Notes: a model not told the origin generated them from the sequence alone. A stretch of DNA of 62,446 bases, filler included, from Hausera hauseri (GCA_046269625.1; 12 parts of 12 records of this genome joined end to end with filler, not necessarily neighbours in it); one strand, 5' to 3'; shown: positions 12,520-26,725, counted from the first letter of the whole stretch. A program made the numbers and translations.

Positions 12520-13310
12520 TCAGATTATGCTGTCATAGAGTCCGTCTTGGTGCCCTTTTTCCCATTTATCTCCCTTCCGATTTTTACAGCGCTTATTACA
12601 ATTTTTGGAAACTAAAAGAATCGTCGCTGTTATTATGATAAGAACGAAAATTGTCAAACTGAATATAGCTATTATCGGTAAGTTATTTGGTTCAGTAGAA
12701 CTTTTCGTGGTAAACACATTTTGCGTACTAAGATCTCTATACTGCATTGCTTCGATCTTACTATCTAGAGTCCGCACTGTATAAGTCTTAGGGTTCTTAC
12801 CCTTTGCAGTAATTCTGACTATATAATCATATTGCGGCCGTAATGACCTTCACTCAGCCTCCTGACTATTCTTTCTCAGGATCACAACTTGGTTGGTGTG
12901 CAGGGTGCGACATTCAATTTTGATGTCCCGATTTAACGTTTCCTCAGCGTAAAATCGAATTTTACCGTTTTTTGCCAAAATCTTAATTGGTATGCTTCCT
13001 GGCATTTCGTCCGAAGTGACGATCGTAGTAGCGAGAGTCGTTCTTGAAGCAGTGGACGGTTTTCTTGTAGTGGTTGGGAATGAAAGTTTCCATATTCCGT
13101 TTTTCGGACGATATCCTCTTAAATATTTTCTTTGTTCTCCGGGATACGTATTGTACAAGTCGAATTGTAACTGATAATCCTGTCCTAGTTGTATTACACA
13201 ACACGTAGTAGGTCGGCGTCTGGCTAGATAACAATATTCGGGAGTAGGGATCGAAGCATTCAATGGTATAAATCGGAAAGATATTTGTCTGTATCCAGTC
13301 AGCTCTATTT
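12520..13310 (-). pseudogene. Type I membrane protein (Thr-rich linker, FN3-like motif, TM helix, short tail) with one internal TGA
   Basis: ORFs 12850-13263 and 12520-12777 are in frame; LRPQYDYIVRITA resembles the FN3 LxPxxxYxVxVxA motif; TM segment IIAIFSLTIFVLIIITATILLV. Confidence 0.6.
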
Positions 13311-14829
13311 NNNNNNNNNNNNNNNNNNNNNNNNNNNNNNNNNNNNNNNNNNNNTTAATTAATTAANNNNNNNNNNNNNNNNNNNNNNNNNNNNNNNNNN
13401 NNNNNNNNNNTACATCAATCATTCCTTCCTTATTGTGTTTATATTTTCCTTAATCGCAGTACAGTATGAAGATTAAGCACGTATGCAGTTTAAATATATT
13501 CATCACCAGTTGTTGGATTATATCAAAAAAGTAACATTTTAATTTTAGTTGACATCAAACGTAAAAGCATATCATTAGAATACTAGGCTACACAATATTA
13601 AAATAATTAGTATAAATTTCATTAAAATTGTTACGTACCAGACTTTAGTAAAATTTAGTGTACATGCAAATTATACTAAAAATGGGTGAAGTTAAATTCT
13701 TGAACGAAACCGGTGCTATTTAATATTATAACAACATAACCATTTTTCCATTTTGAAATTGATTTCCCAAAATCTTAAGGAAAATATTTGAATTTTTTAA
13801 TAAATGAATGTGAGATATATCTGTTTTACTCAGAACTATTTCAAAAGATAACAAGAATGTTGATAATTCCATTTACAGTTGGGTGAATGTGACGGGCTTC
13901 ATAAAACCAATAAGACCGTTCTGTCTGTAGACGTTTTTGGCATCATTAAATTGCAATTTGTATCGTGGAGAAAAGTTTGTAATTTTCACGATCGTTGAAT
14001 TTTACTACAGAAACTATATAGATATTTTTTGTTATGTTAAGCACAAAAACAAAAAAGTATGTCATGAACAGTGTCTTTAATCGATTACAAGGAGTAGTGT
14101 CTTTTTATAATCACCCTGCATTTCATTAAAGTTTGATGTGAAATTTTATCTTATGTGTATTGTAGTAATGCTGCATTTTGCTTAATATTTAAATTGTAAA
14201 ATTAAGTTATTATGAACTCTATTACATTTACTAATTGTAAAGTATTACATTCGCTCTTAACTGCTAGCCTATTAGTACTAGATTTAGACTTCCAAACATT
14301 GTAAGTAGTTAACAAAATAAATTTATTCCAGTTTATAAAACTAATTCCTAAAATATGCATAAGAATCTAAATTTTGGTTTAATTTTAGAAATGGAAGTTA
14401 GATGTCAGTCGAAAAATTAGAGCAGAAATGAACAAATTCAATTGCAGTGTATTGCCTGATTGATTCACCTTTTGGTATCTTGAGTCCGCTTAATGAAGCT
14501 AACATGTTAGTTAAATATTGATTTCATACAGATTTCGATGAACTTGATTGATATGTTGGATTTATGATACCTGTTATATTTACACGGTAGTGTATTGAAT
14601 GAGTGATATACTGTATATACATTCTTATAATCTGATCAGTGATCAACTTGTACCTCATCTTGTACGTGAAAAGAAAGTAAAATACAAATTATGATGTCTA
14701 ATTATTTACTATTTGCATTTCCTCACATTTATCATATATGACAAGTTGAGCAAAATTAAGTGTTTCAACAAATTGATTACAAAAATTTACAAATTTGTAA
14801 TGACATTTTGAAATTTGTTATTTCATCTA

Positions 14830-15450
14830 TGGTACTGCCGAGTTCGCCGAGAAAAAAGATATACCGATTATTGCGAAATCCGGATGCCACATTCTGTGAA
14901 ATTTTGCTCAGACTATCATCGTATCACAATAAACATCTCATTAATAAGACAGTTGAATTATTCGACATAAAAAAGGTTCACAAAGTGCTGAATATTTATT
15001 TCGGATTGGGCTATGGTTTTATGAAGGTAATGAATATTCTGCTGCCCGGTAAAGGACAATTGTTTGGAATTGAATCGTCATAAGCTATGTTTGTCTCAGC
15101 TCACAAATGATTGAGTACAATTGCATCCGATAAACGGTACCGTCTATACCAAGGAACAGTTCTCAATCTGTCACTAAACAACGAACACATCAAGGTTATT
15201 TACCACGCTGATACTTTCTACAACTGGTATCTGTTCCATGTTGCCCCGATGGCTTGTCACGAGATGTTTCGCGTGTTGAAACGCGGTGGTACGGTAGCCT
15301 GTGCATTCAACAAGACGAAAATTGAACGGATGGTGGCCCACATGACGACATGGGTTTAATGGAGCACACTGGATTCACCGACATCCGCATTGATTACCAC
15401 GAATTTAGCAGATAATCGCAGGAATTTCAAACGATTTTGAACAGAAAATG
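14830..15450 (+). pseudogene. Class I SAM-dependent methyltransferase (Methyltransf_11-like)
   Basis: VLNIYFGLGYG (motif I), GIESS*AM, EMFRVLKRGG, GFTDI; in-frame stops and a frameshift. Confidence 0.75.
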
Positions 15451-16819
15451 AAACCGGTGTTGATTGGATTGTTTTGATTTGGTTGTCATTTTGTTAATTT
15501 ATTCAATTTATGTCTTACGTCATTTATGCATGATGCGGTGACGTCGAAATTATATTACAACTTGCACAATGTTGTTACATATTTTATTCTATTATTATTT
15601 TCCGATTATGTCGGTCAGGAAATATTCTATTTATCGATTTGACAAATTTTAGTTCATTACCAATATTTCATCTCATTGGGTGAAATTGTTTTGCACATGT
15701 GCAGTATCACTCCCATAACTGTGATACTTATTCATTTTACCCCTCCACTTGTTGTTGTACTTGTTCACATTACCTTACAGTAATTCTGTCACTCCCCACT
15801 GCTCATATATGTATAGAGAGGAATGCAGAATTTTCCCAAGTCTGAATTATTTTACAAATTGCAGTAATAAATGTCGTTGCCAGGCATTAAGGATCGCCAA
15901 ACAATTTAACTTTTCCCGGTTTCGATTTGACACGGTTTGAAAGTTGTTCCACAACCATTGTCCCACGAAGGAAGCTGCGTTATTCTCATTTCGTCTTCAG
16001 CTCTTGATCCGATTTTATTCTATTGAGAATGCAATTCCATGCATCTCAATGCGAATTCATCTGTGTACCTGTTGTAGATGACGGCTGTTACGAAGGCCTC
16101 TCTACACAGAAGATTCCCAAAATCCTACGACGGACGGTTTTATTCATGTTCCATTAAGATACATAAATTCAATCGAGCATACGAAACATTTATTTTAATA
16201 TTTGCGGAATTTCGTTTCCCTTTCTAATCTGCAGTCTAGCATCGGCGTTCCGTCCGAACAATTTCAAAAAGTTAAATTCAGAAAGCACACATCATCGGAC
16301 GACTGTCGAAGTTTCTGTCACAAGTTCAGCTATTTGCATGAATACAAATATTCTCCCTTTATTTTTATTCATTAGAATGAAAACCTCTAAACGCAGCATT
16401 TGAACAAGTATCCGTATTTTACTTTAAATTCCTAAATTTTCAAATCATGAACAAAATAATCAATGTTTAAATTGATCTTTTAGGCTATTTGAACGTATTG
16501 AAACTCTCTTATATTCTTCAGATGGTTGATTTTGTGAATTATAAGAATATAAAATATTTCTCACATTCATTTTGTTAAGATTGTAAGTGATGAAATGGAT
16601 GGTATTTATTTAGATATCCCCGTTAGTAATTTCCGCAAAGAACCAATGTATATTTTGCGGTGAATTGATTATTATTTAGATTACAATGAGTTTCGTAGGA
16701 AAGCTTGCAAACCAAATATATTTCGAATTTATGGATCACATTCTATCATTTAAAAACCGTTTTCGTTGTACTCCAGCAGGGTTATAGCTGGAATATAGTT
16801 GTTTAAAATAGATTACTTA

Positions 16820-16880
16820 AATGTTTTGGAACAATTGCCGTTTCTACCGTCGATCTCAAACCCATAGAGAATTTGAGTCA
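16820..16880 (+). mobile_element. Highly decayed Tc1 transposase remnant
   Basis: NVLEQ.../DLKPIENL resembles WPxxSPDLNPIENLW. Confidence 0.4.
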
Positions 16881-17393
16881 TTCTTATGCTATGCATATTT
16901 ATAAAACTCGAAACTGATTTTTAAAATTACTCCAAAACGTTACGAAAGGCGATTGTTTTATCGCTGAACCATCGTCAATGTTTAATACAGTTGGACCTCT
17001 GAAGGTGCCATTTATTTTGTCATTTGTTATTTCTCGAACGAAATAATGAAGACGACTGTTTGAAAGTTATGATTGAGTACAAACTCTAATTGGAAATTCT
17101 GTTAAGCATATATTTCTAACTTAAACTTTTACCAATAGAAAAGCAGTTTCAGTGCTTGTGTGTCTGAAGATTAACTGCGTGATTAATACGAAAAAAGATA
17201 AACGAGATCTCTCATAGAGACTGTTAAAATACACCATACTGAACAAATATCTGCTTCTATTACTTTTTCCTTTCTAAATTGACACGTCAGTGACTTATCT
17301 TATATAGATAATTATTCTCGGCAGTTCGTAATTTTGTTTCTTTCATGCATGAAGTGCTGTTTCTTTAAATTTCGGTTTTATAATACGATCAAA

Positions 17394-17546
17394 CAACGGC
17401 GTGTTTAAATGGGGGACTAAAACTTACAAAAATGTCATTGTGATCTGCGTATGCAAGAAGTGCCGTAGAGCGGATACTTCCGGCTTTTGATATTATTTAA
17501 TAAGTATTACATAAACCCATTTGGGAAAATCTTGGTCACGCCACTG
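17394..17546. mobile_element. Possible hAT-type MITE
   Basis: CAACGGCGTG ... CACGCCACTG imperfect terminal inverted repeats (8/10). Confidence 0.3.
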
Positions 17547-19953
17547 AATTCAAGAATCAATGTAATAACCCGATTCTATAAATTTGTGAAACCAAACGTA
17601 TTGAGTGATATGATTTGATACGATGATTAATTTCTTAGACAACAAATCGTTCATTGATAGACACTGAATCACAGTTAAACATTTTGATGAATTTTCGGCT
17701 CCAACACATGAAAGTATGGAAGTGAATAAGCCATATACTGTTTTATATTTATAATTTACCTTAATTGATTATTAGGAATGTTAACCATTTTGATCGGTTG
17801 CTATTTTGGTAGGTTTAGTTTTGCATTACGGCATCTTGGTAAGTACATTTATTATTTAACTGATTGAATATACAATCAAAATCCGAAAAATAAATGAAAA
17901 CAGATTTTACCACAGGATTTTCTTAGAAATTTTTGTGATTGTTGAAGAAATATTACTTTTTTAAATTGTTTTACCGGCGCCTCAAACCCCCATTATCCCT
18001 CGCAAATGTTCCTCAAATGCGTCGTGTCGTTGAACTTTTTCTTCGGCGAGAAATGTTTGCAAACTATACCAAATGCCATCGATCAAGAACTAGCGAGGCC
18101 AATCATGTAAAGCCGGAAGAAAACGTTGATAACATTTTTGGCTTTGGACTCCCACCAACAAGGAAAACGAAAGTCGAAGGCCGCAAATTATTGTCTCTTA
18201 TAAGTGGCACCTTTAACTGTTTTGTATATTGAAGATTTATAAATGTAATTGAGTGAAGTCGATGTAAAACCTTTTCCGAAGCCGCAAAATACTATTTTCC
18301 TGCGAAGGCCTCAATAATTTTTCAAAAGATCGCATGCAGCTATCTAGACCGCTGTTTCCTTCACCTGATAATGAGACTGGTTCCTTCAGTTTCGTTATAA
18401 ATTGAATCTGTTGGAAAATGAAAAATACTTTTTACAAAGCTATGATTTGGTGTAGTAATCAGTTTTCAAGTGTTGCATAGTTTCGCATTTCTTCATATTT
18501 CCCTTGGCACACAGAAGAATTTTGACTTTTCATAAAATTTTCGTTTTTATTTCAATAAGTTTGATTCTTCACCTAAATATTGACAAATAATAATGGTGGA
18601 TAAACGGGCGGACATGTATGATAAATGTGATGTCATTTGGAAGTAGAGTTTAGCGAATCGTGCATATTAAGAAAGAGAATGTGATATTTAAGGGATAATG
18701 TGAAAATTTAATGTATTATTTTTATACTACCCTGACATCTATAAGTAAATTAAGGTACGGAAAATGGTAAATGATTCTGAAATTTATCCTGAATGTACAT
18801 ATTTTTAATGATATAGGACACTATTTTCTCAAGTACTTGAATTTTGATCGTGAAGTATGATTTTGTTGGTATTGAAGTTTGCACTGCACGGAGTTATAAA
18901 CGACTCCGTATGTTGCGTTCGTGCGTATATTTCTGTTAAATCAATTGCATGACTGCATGACTGATTATTCTGTATGTTGATTGTATCCTAGTATGACTGT
19001 ATAATTGTAATTATCCGTCAATTCTGTATTTCCATATTATGACATTCATCAGTTAGCATGACACCTGTATATTATTGTATGTCTTAATAACATTGTGAAT
19101 AATTCATGTTTTAGTGTAAATAACCCCCTTATTATCTTTTGGTTTTGTCTTGGGACTGAAAATGGAGCCTTATACAGGTTCACAGACCTTTTTCAGCGTG
19201 TTGACGTCATGCCTGAATGTGGATCGGTTGCATCGCGTATTTACGAGCCAAACTGCTACTCGTAACAGCCTTGAGTTAGGGTGATTTTCCAGAGTGAAGT
19301 ATTTTGTCCGTATGGTCGGCAATTATTATTTTGCTACCATTTCTCATACACTTACGAAACGCGATGCCGCCGCCTGTCATTTGATCAGTGAGAGTTATCT
19401 CCTGTTTATTGATAACACCACGGAATAGGAATTAGTACAGTTATATAATTGAGCATTATGATTGTCTAAGGAGCGGTCGTAAATTATTTTGCATCCATTG
19501 TCTGATATGAGTGGATTCTATCCTGATTTAATACATTTTCTTTCGCGAATTGCTCTTATTTTCTCCGCGCATGTGAAAACAGATTTTCTCTGATTTAAAG
19601 CGTTGAGACATTGCGGCTATGTCTTGCTGATGTGTGACGCATTGCGTTTATTCTTTATTATTGCGTATATTCTTGAATATGCTTTCAGACATTACCGGNN
19701 NNNNNNNNNNNNNNNNNNNNNNNNNNNNNNNNNNNNNNNNNNTTAATTAATTAANNNNNNNNNNNNNNNNNNNNNNNNNNNNNNNNNNNNNNNNNNNNAA
19801 ATTCGGTCTTATATTCATCAATAATTTACATTTATTCGGGAAATGATGTATTATGACTCGATTTGACATTTTATAAATAAGGTCAGAATTATGAAAACTT
19901 AAGTTGAATATTGTCCGAGGTATTCGCCTGATTTCGACTATTTAAGTTCGACA

Positions 19954-20464
19954 TGCGTCGGTGCTTCAAAACGTTTGTGGGAAAATTGTTCTTAGGATTT
20001 TGTTTAATCGAATAAGGATATGAAATTTGATTTTGGAAAATTTTGAATTTAATCATTAATCATAAATTCATTGATTATATATATTTGTAGTAAATTTTAA
20101 TTATCTAAATAAAATTTCATATAGATCAATATAAAGTATGTTCATTATCCTAATTTAATATTTTGTACTTGTATAACATGCCATGTATAGAGTATTAAAT
20201 AAGTACTTAAATAAGATGAAAGTGTATTTTTCCAAATGAATCTCAAATACTTTATATATCATACTGCTCATTTATGCACAGCACGAATTATATTTATAAT
20301 GACTATATAGAGAGTTAAGCAAACTTTTAGTTTTTCATATTTGTTTTGAACGCGAATTATGCAAACGAATGTGAAATTTCCGCAAAATTTATTATTTTAA
20401 ATTGATACAGATAAACAAAATCCTAAGAGTAATTTTTCCACAAACTTTTTGAACTGCCTACGTA
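19954..20464. mobile_element. MITE with ~54-bp imperfect terminal inverted repeats
   Basis: AAAACGTTTGTGGGAAAATTGTTCTTAGGATTTTGTTTA matches the reverse complement of about 20412-20450; AT-rich non-coding interior. Confidence 0.75.
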
Positions 20465-21954
20465 TTAGTGAGATAATTCTCAAACTAAAGAAGAAGATCA
20501 CAATATGCAAAATAAAGAATTTCAGTCATTATGGCAGGCAAAGCAACAAATATTTGCCTAGCCTAAAGAAGCCCAATATAATCCTGTTTATTTGTTAGGC
20601 TCGACGTTCTAATCCATTGATTAATCTACCATTTTCCTGTTGACCAAATTAATCCTGCATACAGAATGTCTTAAATAGATATATAATTAAAGCGCAAAGT
20701 CAAACAATCATGCTCGTCCAACTAGTATTCGTGGAACTACTGATCAGCACTGTGTCTAGTGACAAAATTCGTAAACGTTTCTGACACTAAATTTATAAAT
20801 TTTAACATTTAGAATGCACGGATTTACCCGTTGAAGAAGCAATTCGGTGTTACTTTGTGAGCAGTCTGTATTTACCAAGTGGGATGGACAATTTAACAAT
20901 AAATGCCGTTGCCAAATCTGCATTTGGCGAGGTAAAGAAAGGTGAACAAGGCGAGATTTTGTTCAATTCTCCACTCCTGTCTCTGTCATATTTTGTGCAC
21001 AATAACGAATGTTCATTCGAGTATTCTCTTTAATTTGTGAATATCTCAGGTCAGACGACAATAACACATGTCGCCCTGTTATCTTTTCCATAAACATGTG
21101 AAACCTCAGACACAGTTGTTTCTTGCAGAAAATTTCTGGTAAAGTTCACCAACTTCTGACGGTCATATTTTTCTGTCTGTCCAATTATAGTCTCAAAGGA
21201 AGTAATTCTGATGATTCTGTGAGCGAGATTCCTCTTTACGACAATTACAAAAAAATTGGGCACCAGAGGATATCCTCAACAAAGGCAATTCAAAACCTTC
21301 GAAAATAGTCACAAAATTATGACGGCAATAGGAAATTTCAAAATGGTGGAATCACAGTTAGAGAGAACGAAATCGTAAAATTCAAAAATTAAATCCAAAT
21401 CGAAATTCAAATTATCTTTAAATATCAAAATCTTTCAACAGAGAGAAAATAGCAATGGTTGCTAAAATGAAATCGAAAGCCTTTTATCAATAAAAAATGT
21501 CCAAAATGTCTGTTTCTGGTCATGAGGAATATTTAAACAAAAATTTATATAAATATGTACATCTACAAGAGGCCGGGTAATTCCAGCAATTACTAACTCC
21601 CGACAATATAATGATTTGGCGATTTTGGTTGACCTTGTCGACGAATAAAAATTGAACAATCATACATATGGATTTAACAACAAAAATCTGAAATGAGCGC
21701 AAATCAATCGAACTAATCACAAATACATATGGAAATAGGGACGAGCGATCGGCGAGAATGAAACACTGATAGCGACAGTAATTTAATTCAAATCCTGATA
21801 ATCACCTTTTACGAATTGGTCTTTTTAGATTTAATGCTTGACTAAATTAGTGTTTTCTATCTTTTCCCTCTGATTTCTAAATCACAACATTCGGTATTAT
21901 GAATCGACAAACATAGGACATTCTTTCGTTTGGTTTCGGTGCAAATATTGGTAA

Positions 21955-22735
21955 TTTACTTTCCTTTCTCTCTATGCGCAGTAAATTCAATGTCTGTTCT
22001 TCAGATAAGTAATCTTGAGTTACGAAATCGTGCGAAAGCAGTATTTCCGCAGTTGGTCGTCGCCGCTCATTTTTTGATCAGTGCATATTTAAGGAGGAAG
22101 TGAAATCTTGGTGACCACGATTCTTTTTTCTGAAGTTTTAGTGGTGAATACGTTCTCTGGGCCAAAATCTGCAAGGCATACATAGGATGTAAATCAAATA
22201 ATGGTGGCTGTAGTTCTGCATATTCAATAGCAGTAATACCAACTGCCCAGACGTCACAGCGTTCGTCGTATCTACTTTATCTATTGTTCACTGCAGCAAC
22301 TTTCGGTGTCCTCCAGTACGGAGTTCCTATTAACATGTTTCTTTTGGCATAAGTGGAAGACAATTTCGCTGCGATTCAAACGTCAGCTATTTTCACTTTT
22401 CCATTATCAGTAAGAGGGATATTAGCACCTTTCATATCTCTATAAATACGATTCTTTTTGAGCATATACTCAAGACCTCTGAGTGTTTCTCTAGAAATAA
22501 ATGCAATCGTATTTTTTCAATGGACCGTAGGAGATTGAGATAAATATCTTGTATTGACTGACCACCGCAAAACTCCATACAAATCCAAAGTTTTGAATTT
22601 TGCAAATAACTTCCAAAAAACTGTACAATATTTTTATGCGTACATTCTTTTAATGTATGAATTTCTTGGCAAATAACTGTAACGTCATCACGAAGATCGA
22701 TTTTCATTATTTTGATGGCAACATGCAGATTGGTT
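21955..22735 (-). pseudogene. MAP4K (GCK-I/Ste20, MAP4K3/5-like) kinase domain
   Basis: VAIK, KLWICMEFCGG, YRDMKGAN, DFG changed to DV*, GTPYW, CDVWAVGITAIEYAELQPPLFDLHP; frameshifts and stops. Confidence 0.92.
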
Positions 22736-23384
22736 TTATCAAAGTACCAGCAACTTACGGTTTCTTAATGTGACAATGATTGTTATCAACGACACGAAAA
22801 AAACATCATGGGTTGATTTAAGATGATCGCATAACCTCTGACAGAATGGTAGGTCTTCTAATTTCGTTACCAAATTTAACACGCCGAAAATTGGTTTTTG
22901 TGATTGGGATCCGCGATTCGAACAAATAGTATCCAATTCATGCCAAGGAAGATGGTTTGAAAGTTTATTCTCATCGCTAACCGTACTGACAACGTTTATC
23001 AAACAGTTTGAATCATTTTCTTCAGTTACTGGTGGCAAATATGTCGGAAGCAATGACCGTATCGATTGCTTGGAAATGATAATTATGAACCAAATGGGGT
23101 ACAACTAATCCCACAATTGACATCGATTGAGCTAATAGAATTTCCAATACCAGATTCGAAAGGACAGCTGATATGAGTATTACAAGAATCGTGCGAAGCC
23201 TTGGAATATGACCTAGAGTTACAAAAAGAGTTAAAGTCTATATCTGATTTGATGTGTAGTCTGAAATTTAAGCTACTTGTAAATGAAGACCTGTTGATAA
23301 ACTTGACACAAGAAATTTCCTCAGAATTATCATTAGTCGTATCCGTTCGCCTTATAGCTTAAATTTTAGAGGCGGAAGATCTGG

Positions 23385-23462
23385 GCCCGACGCGGCGGCA
23401 ACGGACGCCCGGCCGTGTCCAACCAGATGGGCCAGAGGGAGCCGGGCGCTGTGGGCACCACA
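23385..23462 (+). mobile_element. GC-rich LTR right end of the CsRn1-like family, directly abutting a Tc1 transposase
   Basis: 66/78 ungapped identity to the reverse complement of 56126-56203; ends TGTGGGCACCACA. Confidence 0.85.
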
Positions 23463-24405
23463 ACCTTACTTCCAATGTCCAGAGCCAATTACCGGTTGAC
23501 ATGGAGAGCTCTACAGAATGCATGGCAAAATGAGTGTGGTGTTATCTTGAGTTATACAACAGTTAAACGGAGGTTATGCAGCGGTGACTTTATGAGGCGA
23601 ATTGCTAAAAAGAAATTTTTGTTAACGAAAAGAAATCACCAATTCCGCTTGCAATGGGCAAGAGATCATCTCCATTGGACTCCTTCTTCGTGGCGGCGTG
23701 TTCTGCTCAGTGACGACAATCCTATGTACTTCATCCAACATGCCCAGCAACGATATATCCGTATTCATCAAGGTACCAATTTTCAGCAAGACTTCTGCAA
23801 CTGTTCACTTTGGCGGTGGTCACATGATACTTTTGGGTGCTTTGTCTGGTAGTGATCAAAAATGTCTCTGTCAAGTCTCCTATCGGCTAGATTCAGAAGA
23901 GTACATTCATATAATCGATGATAATGTTATTCCGCTTAACTTATCGGCAAGCAACATGGTTTTCCAACAGGATAACTGTCCTATTCATCGCACTTGACGA
24001 ACAACACAGTTTTTTGTGGCTTCCGAACTAACATTACTTCGCTGGTTAGCACAATCACCTGATTTAAGGCCCATAGAAATTTATAGGTCATTTTGAAAAG
24101 ACAGATGGCATCAAATCATGTTGTTTTCTGATATGCAAGAACTATGGGTGGCAGCACAAACAGAGTAGGCAGGTTTGGATGAAATTGTTGACCCGCCTTG
24201 CAGATGTAAAAGCGTCATTGCTGCTCAATGAGGTCATACTCGTTACTGAGACGCTACAGTTCTATTTATACTGCATTCTATCATGAACTTTGTAAAAGTG
24301 TAATTAATATAATATAGTATATGACTACAAACCTTACAGCAAATATTTCCCGTATTTTTTGAAAATTTTTATTGCGTGGTGTTATTTATTATGGGCGGGG
24401 TTGTG
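23463..24405 (+). mobile_element. 5'-truncated Tc1 (DD34E) transposon, degenerate
   Basis: RLQWARDHLHW...LLSDD; QQD-34 aa-E (WLAQSPDLRPIE); ends GHTRY*. Confidence 0.88.
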
Positions 24406-25661
24406 TTAGTTATTTACATTAAGTTGATATTCAGATTTATGGCTGTTAATTACTCGTTTGTAAAAAATTAAAGATACTATATTTTGAATTTGTTGAAAGG
24501 CTGTAGTTCGGTGTTTCTAATCGATGATGGTGTCACACATAAATTGCTTTTCGAATTATGGGAAACGGAGTTGAGCGAAATTGGAATTCGCACTGATTAG
24601 ATTGGACGCTTTGCCATAATTTGATGGGACCAGTGTTTAAAGTTAATGGACTCACTATATTGGAAATTGTATTGGTCGAGTTCTTTGGTGATGTTGTAAC
24701 GTAGAGAAAAAGGATGATTGTGTTCACTCCGTGGTACGTGTTTTGAATTTGAAAACTGATCACTCGATTGTCGGCAAATAATGACCAGAAAACAGCGATT
24801 GAGTTCAAAATCTACGCGGGCTTTGGGGCGTTTTACGTCAGGCGTTTTTTGCCGAGAATTGGGACTGTGTCTGCAACCGCGTCACTAAACGGCCTATACA
24901 AGGCTGTTGCACAATCCAAAACATCTTAAATGAAATTTCTGAAATAGAATTTTTGATTGTTGTAGCTTGATTTATTTCCTACGAAATAAGAAATGAATAA
25001 CATATGTATAATAAATTTGTTCTGGCCGCGTTCTGTTTCCCATTTTTGTTTCCTTTTCTGGACGCGTACATTTCGCAGTACGTCAAGATGCGCTGCAACA
25101 GGCGACAAAAGTCGGCTGATTCCAATAATCATTATCATCATTCAGTCCAGATTATTCCAACAACGATCGATTATTTCCAAATAGATAAAATTACCCTAAC
25201 TATGTAGAAATTTCAAAGATTTTCTATACAGTTATAAAATTACTCTTGCCTCTTCACTTCTAAAGCAAGTATGCACAGAGCATTTACATTGTTGCCGGGA
25301 ATTTTAATAGATCAAACATTTGAAGGCCGAAAAATAAAATTTGGAGAATTGGCCGGATACACCGAACCAGTTGGCAATATTTAATTTAGCGTTCTTTGCA
25401 TAAAACGTTTAATTAAAATGTTATAATTTTTTCATAAAAACAACGAAAAGAGGTTATTTTCCGAAAAATGCCAGATGAAATCATGGATGTCGTTAAATAC
25501 AACGAATTCGCCGAATAGGAAGTCGTTATGAAAGTTACATAGGGAACTGTAAAAACCGAGAAAAAAACGAAACCGTTCAATTAATTCCATTCTAACTGGA
25601 AGAAGTCGCCGGGAATGTTGCAGAAAAAATCGAAGAAACCGAAATCATTCCAAATCGACAC

Positions 25662-25945
25662 ATGTCAGGAAAAGAAACTAAGAAAGTAACAAGAACCCAA
25701 AACAAATGCAGAAGTTTGAGAGTTGATTTTCAATTCCCAGTCGGAAGAAGCCACGGATTTCGGAGAAAAAACTACACTGAATGTATTATTTCTGTTACAC
25801 AGGTATACTCGGCTACAGTTCCCGAATACTTATCCGCGGAATTTGATTAATTAGCCAAAAACGCCTCCAAAGTCAACAAGAAATCGACAATCAATCCACG
25901 ACACTTGCAGTCTGCCATCCGAAATAACGAAGAACTGGATTCCAA
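25662..25945 (+). pseudogene. H2A: Histone H2A pseudogene
   Basis: RSLRVDFQFPVGR...EYLSAE..*LAKNASKVNKKSTINPRHLQSAIRNNEEL. Confidence 0.88.
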
Positions 25946-26179
25946 TATTTTTGAAGTCCGCGGCCGAAAAATATACTAAAAAATAAAACTTTTATAAATG
26001 AATATAGTAAAATTACCAGTTTTCCTTTCTTTTACAATTATGATGTAAATTTCGACATTTCTACCTTTCAAATAAAATAAATCCAAAAAATAAAGAATAA
26101 ATACAATTTTAGCATTATGTCAGGAGGAATTGATATGACAACTGTAGTGCCCCGAACTCGGGCGCCACCACAATCCAAC

Positions 26180-26725
26180 TGCACCGAATTCCGCTGTCAG
26201 AAATTGACTTCTAAGACCAACCGACAACTTCAAGACACATTCTATGTCATTGCCAGAAACAATTGTTTCACACATGTGCATTCTTATTTTCCTTGGAAAC
26301 CAGACAGAATTTTTTCTACTTATTTAATTTCGATCGAGTAAGAACAATGTTGTACCTGGGTGGTGTTTCCAACCAAGACTCTGATACGTTACTTAATTCA
26401 TCAACTTCGGAAATGCATAGAGCACGCATACGGGTTAACAGATCAGAACGATTATTAGAAGAGCCCGAATTGCTTCTTAAAAAATTATTCAGATCCTTCA
26501 GAAATTTCTTTTAGTAATGAAGTAGGTTTTGGTTTTGGACCAACAAACGAATTTTATACTTAAGTCAGTAAATGTTTGAAAATTAATCTGGTGTCGATCG
26601 AGGAAATACAGCTAACGTTTGCTTGAATTCTCCTGCAAACAATATTAATGCGTTCCTAAATTGTCTGATGTTTCCACGTAAATCTAGCAATAATCGAGCA
26701 GGAGCCTTGGTCGATTTTTTGTGCA
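26180..26725 (+). pseudogene. TRIP12: TRIP12/UFD4-like HECT E3 ligase fragment
   Basis: KLTSKTNRQLQD, CAFLFSLETRQNFFY..FDRVR, NEVGFGFGPTNEFY; frameshifts and stops. Confidence 0.8.

Noticed and set aside
13876-13900. CAGTTGGGTGAATGTGA resembling the subterminal sequence of the cargo units
   Set aside because: It lacks the terminal CCACA and any TSD; at most a decayed remnant.
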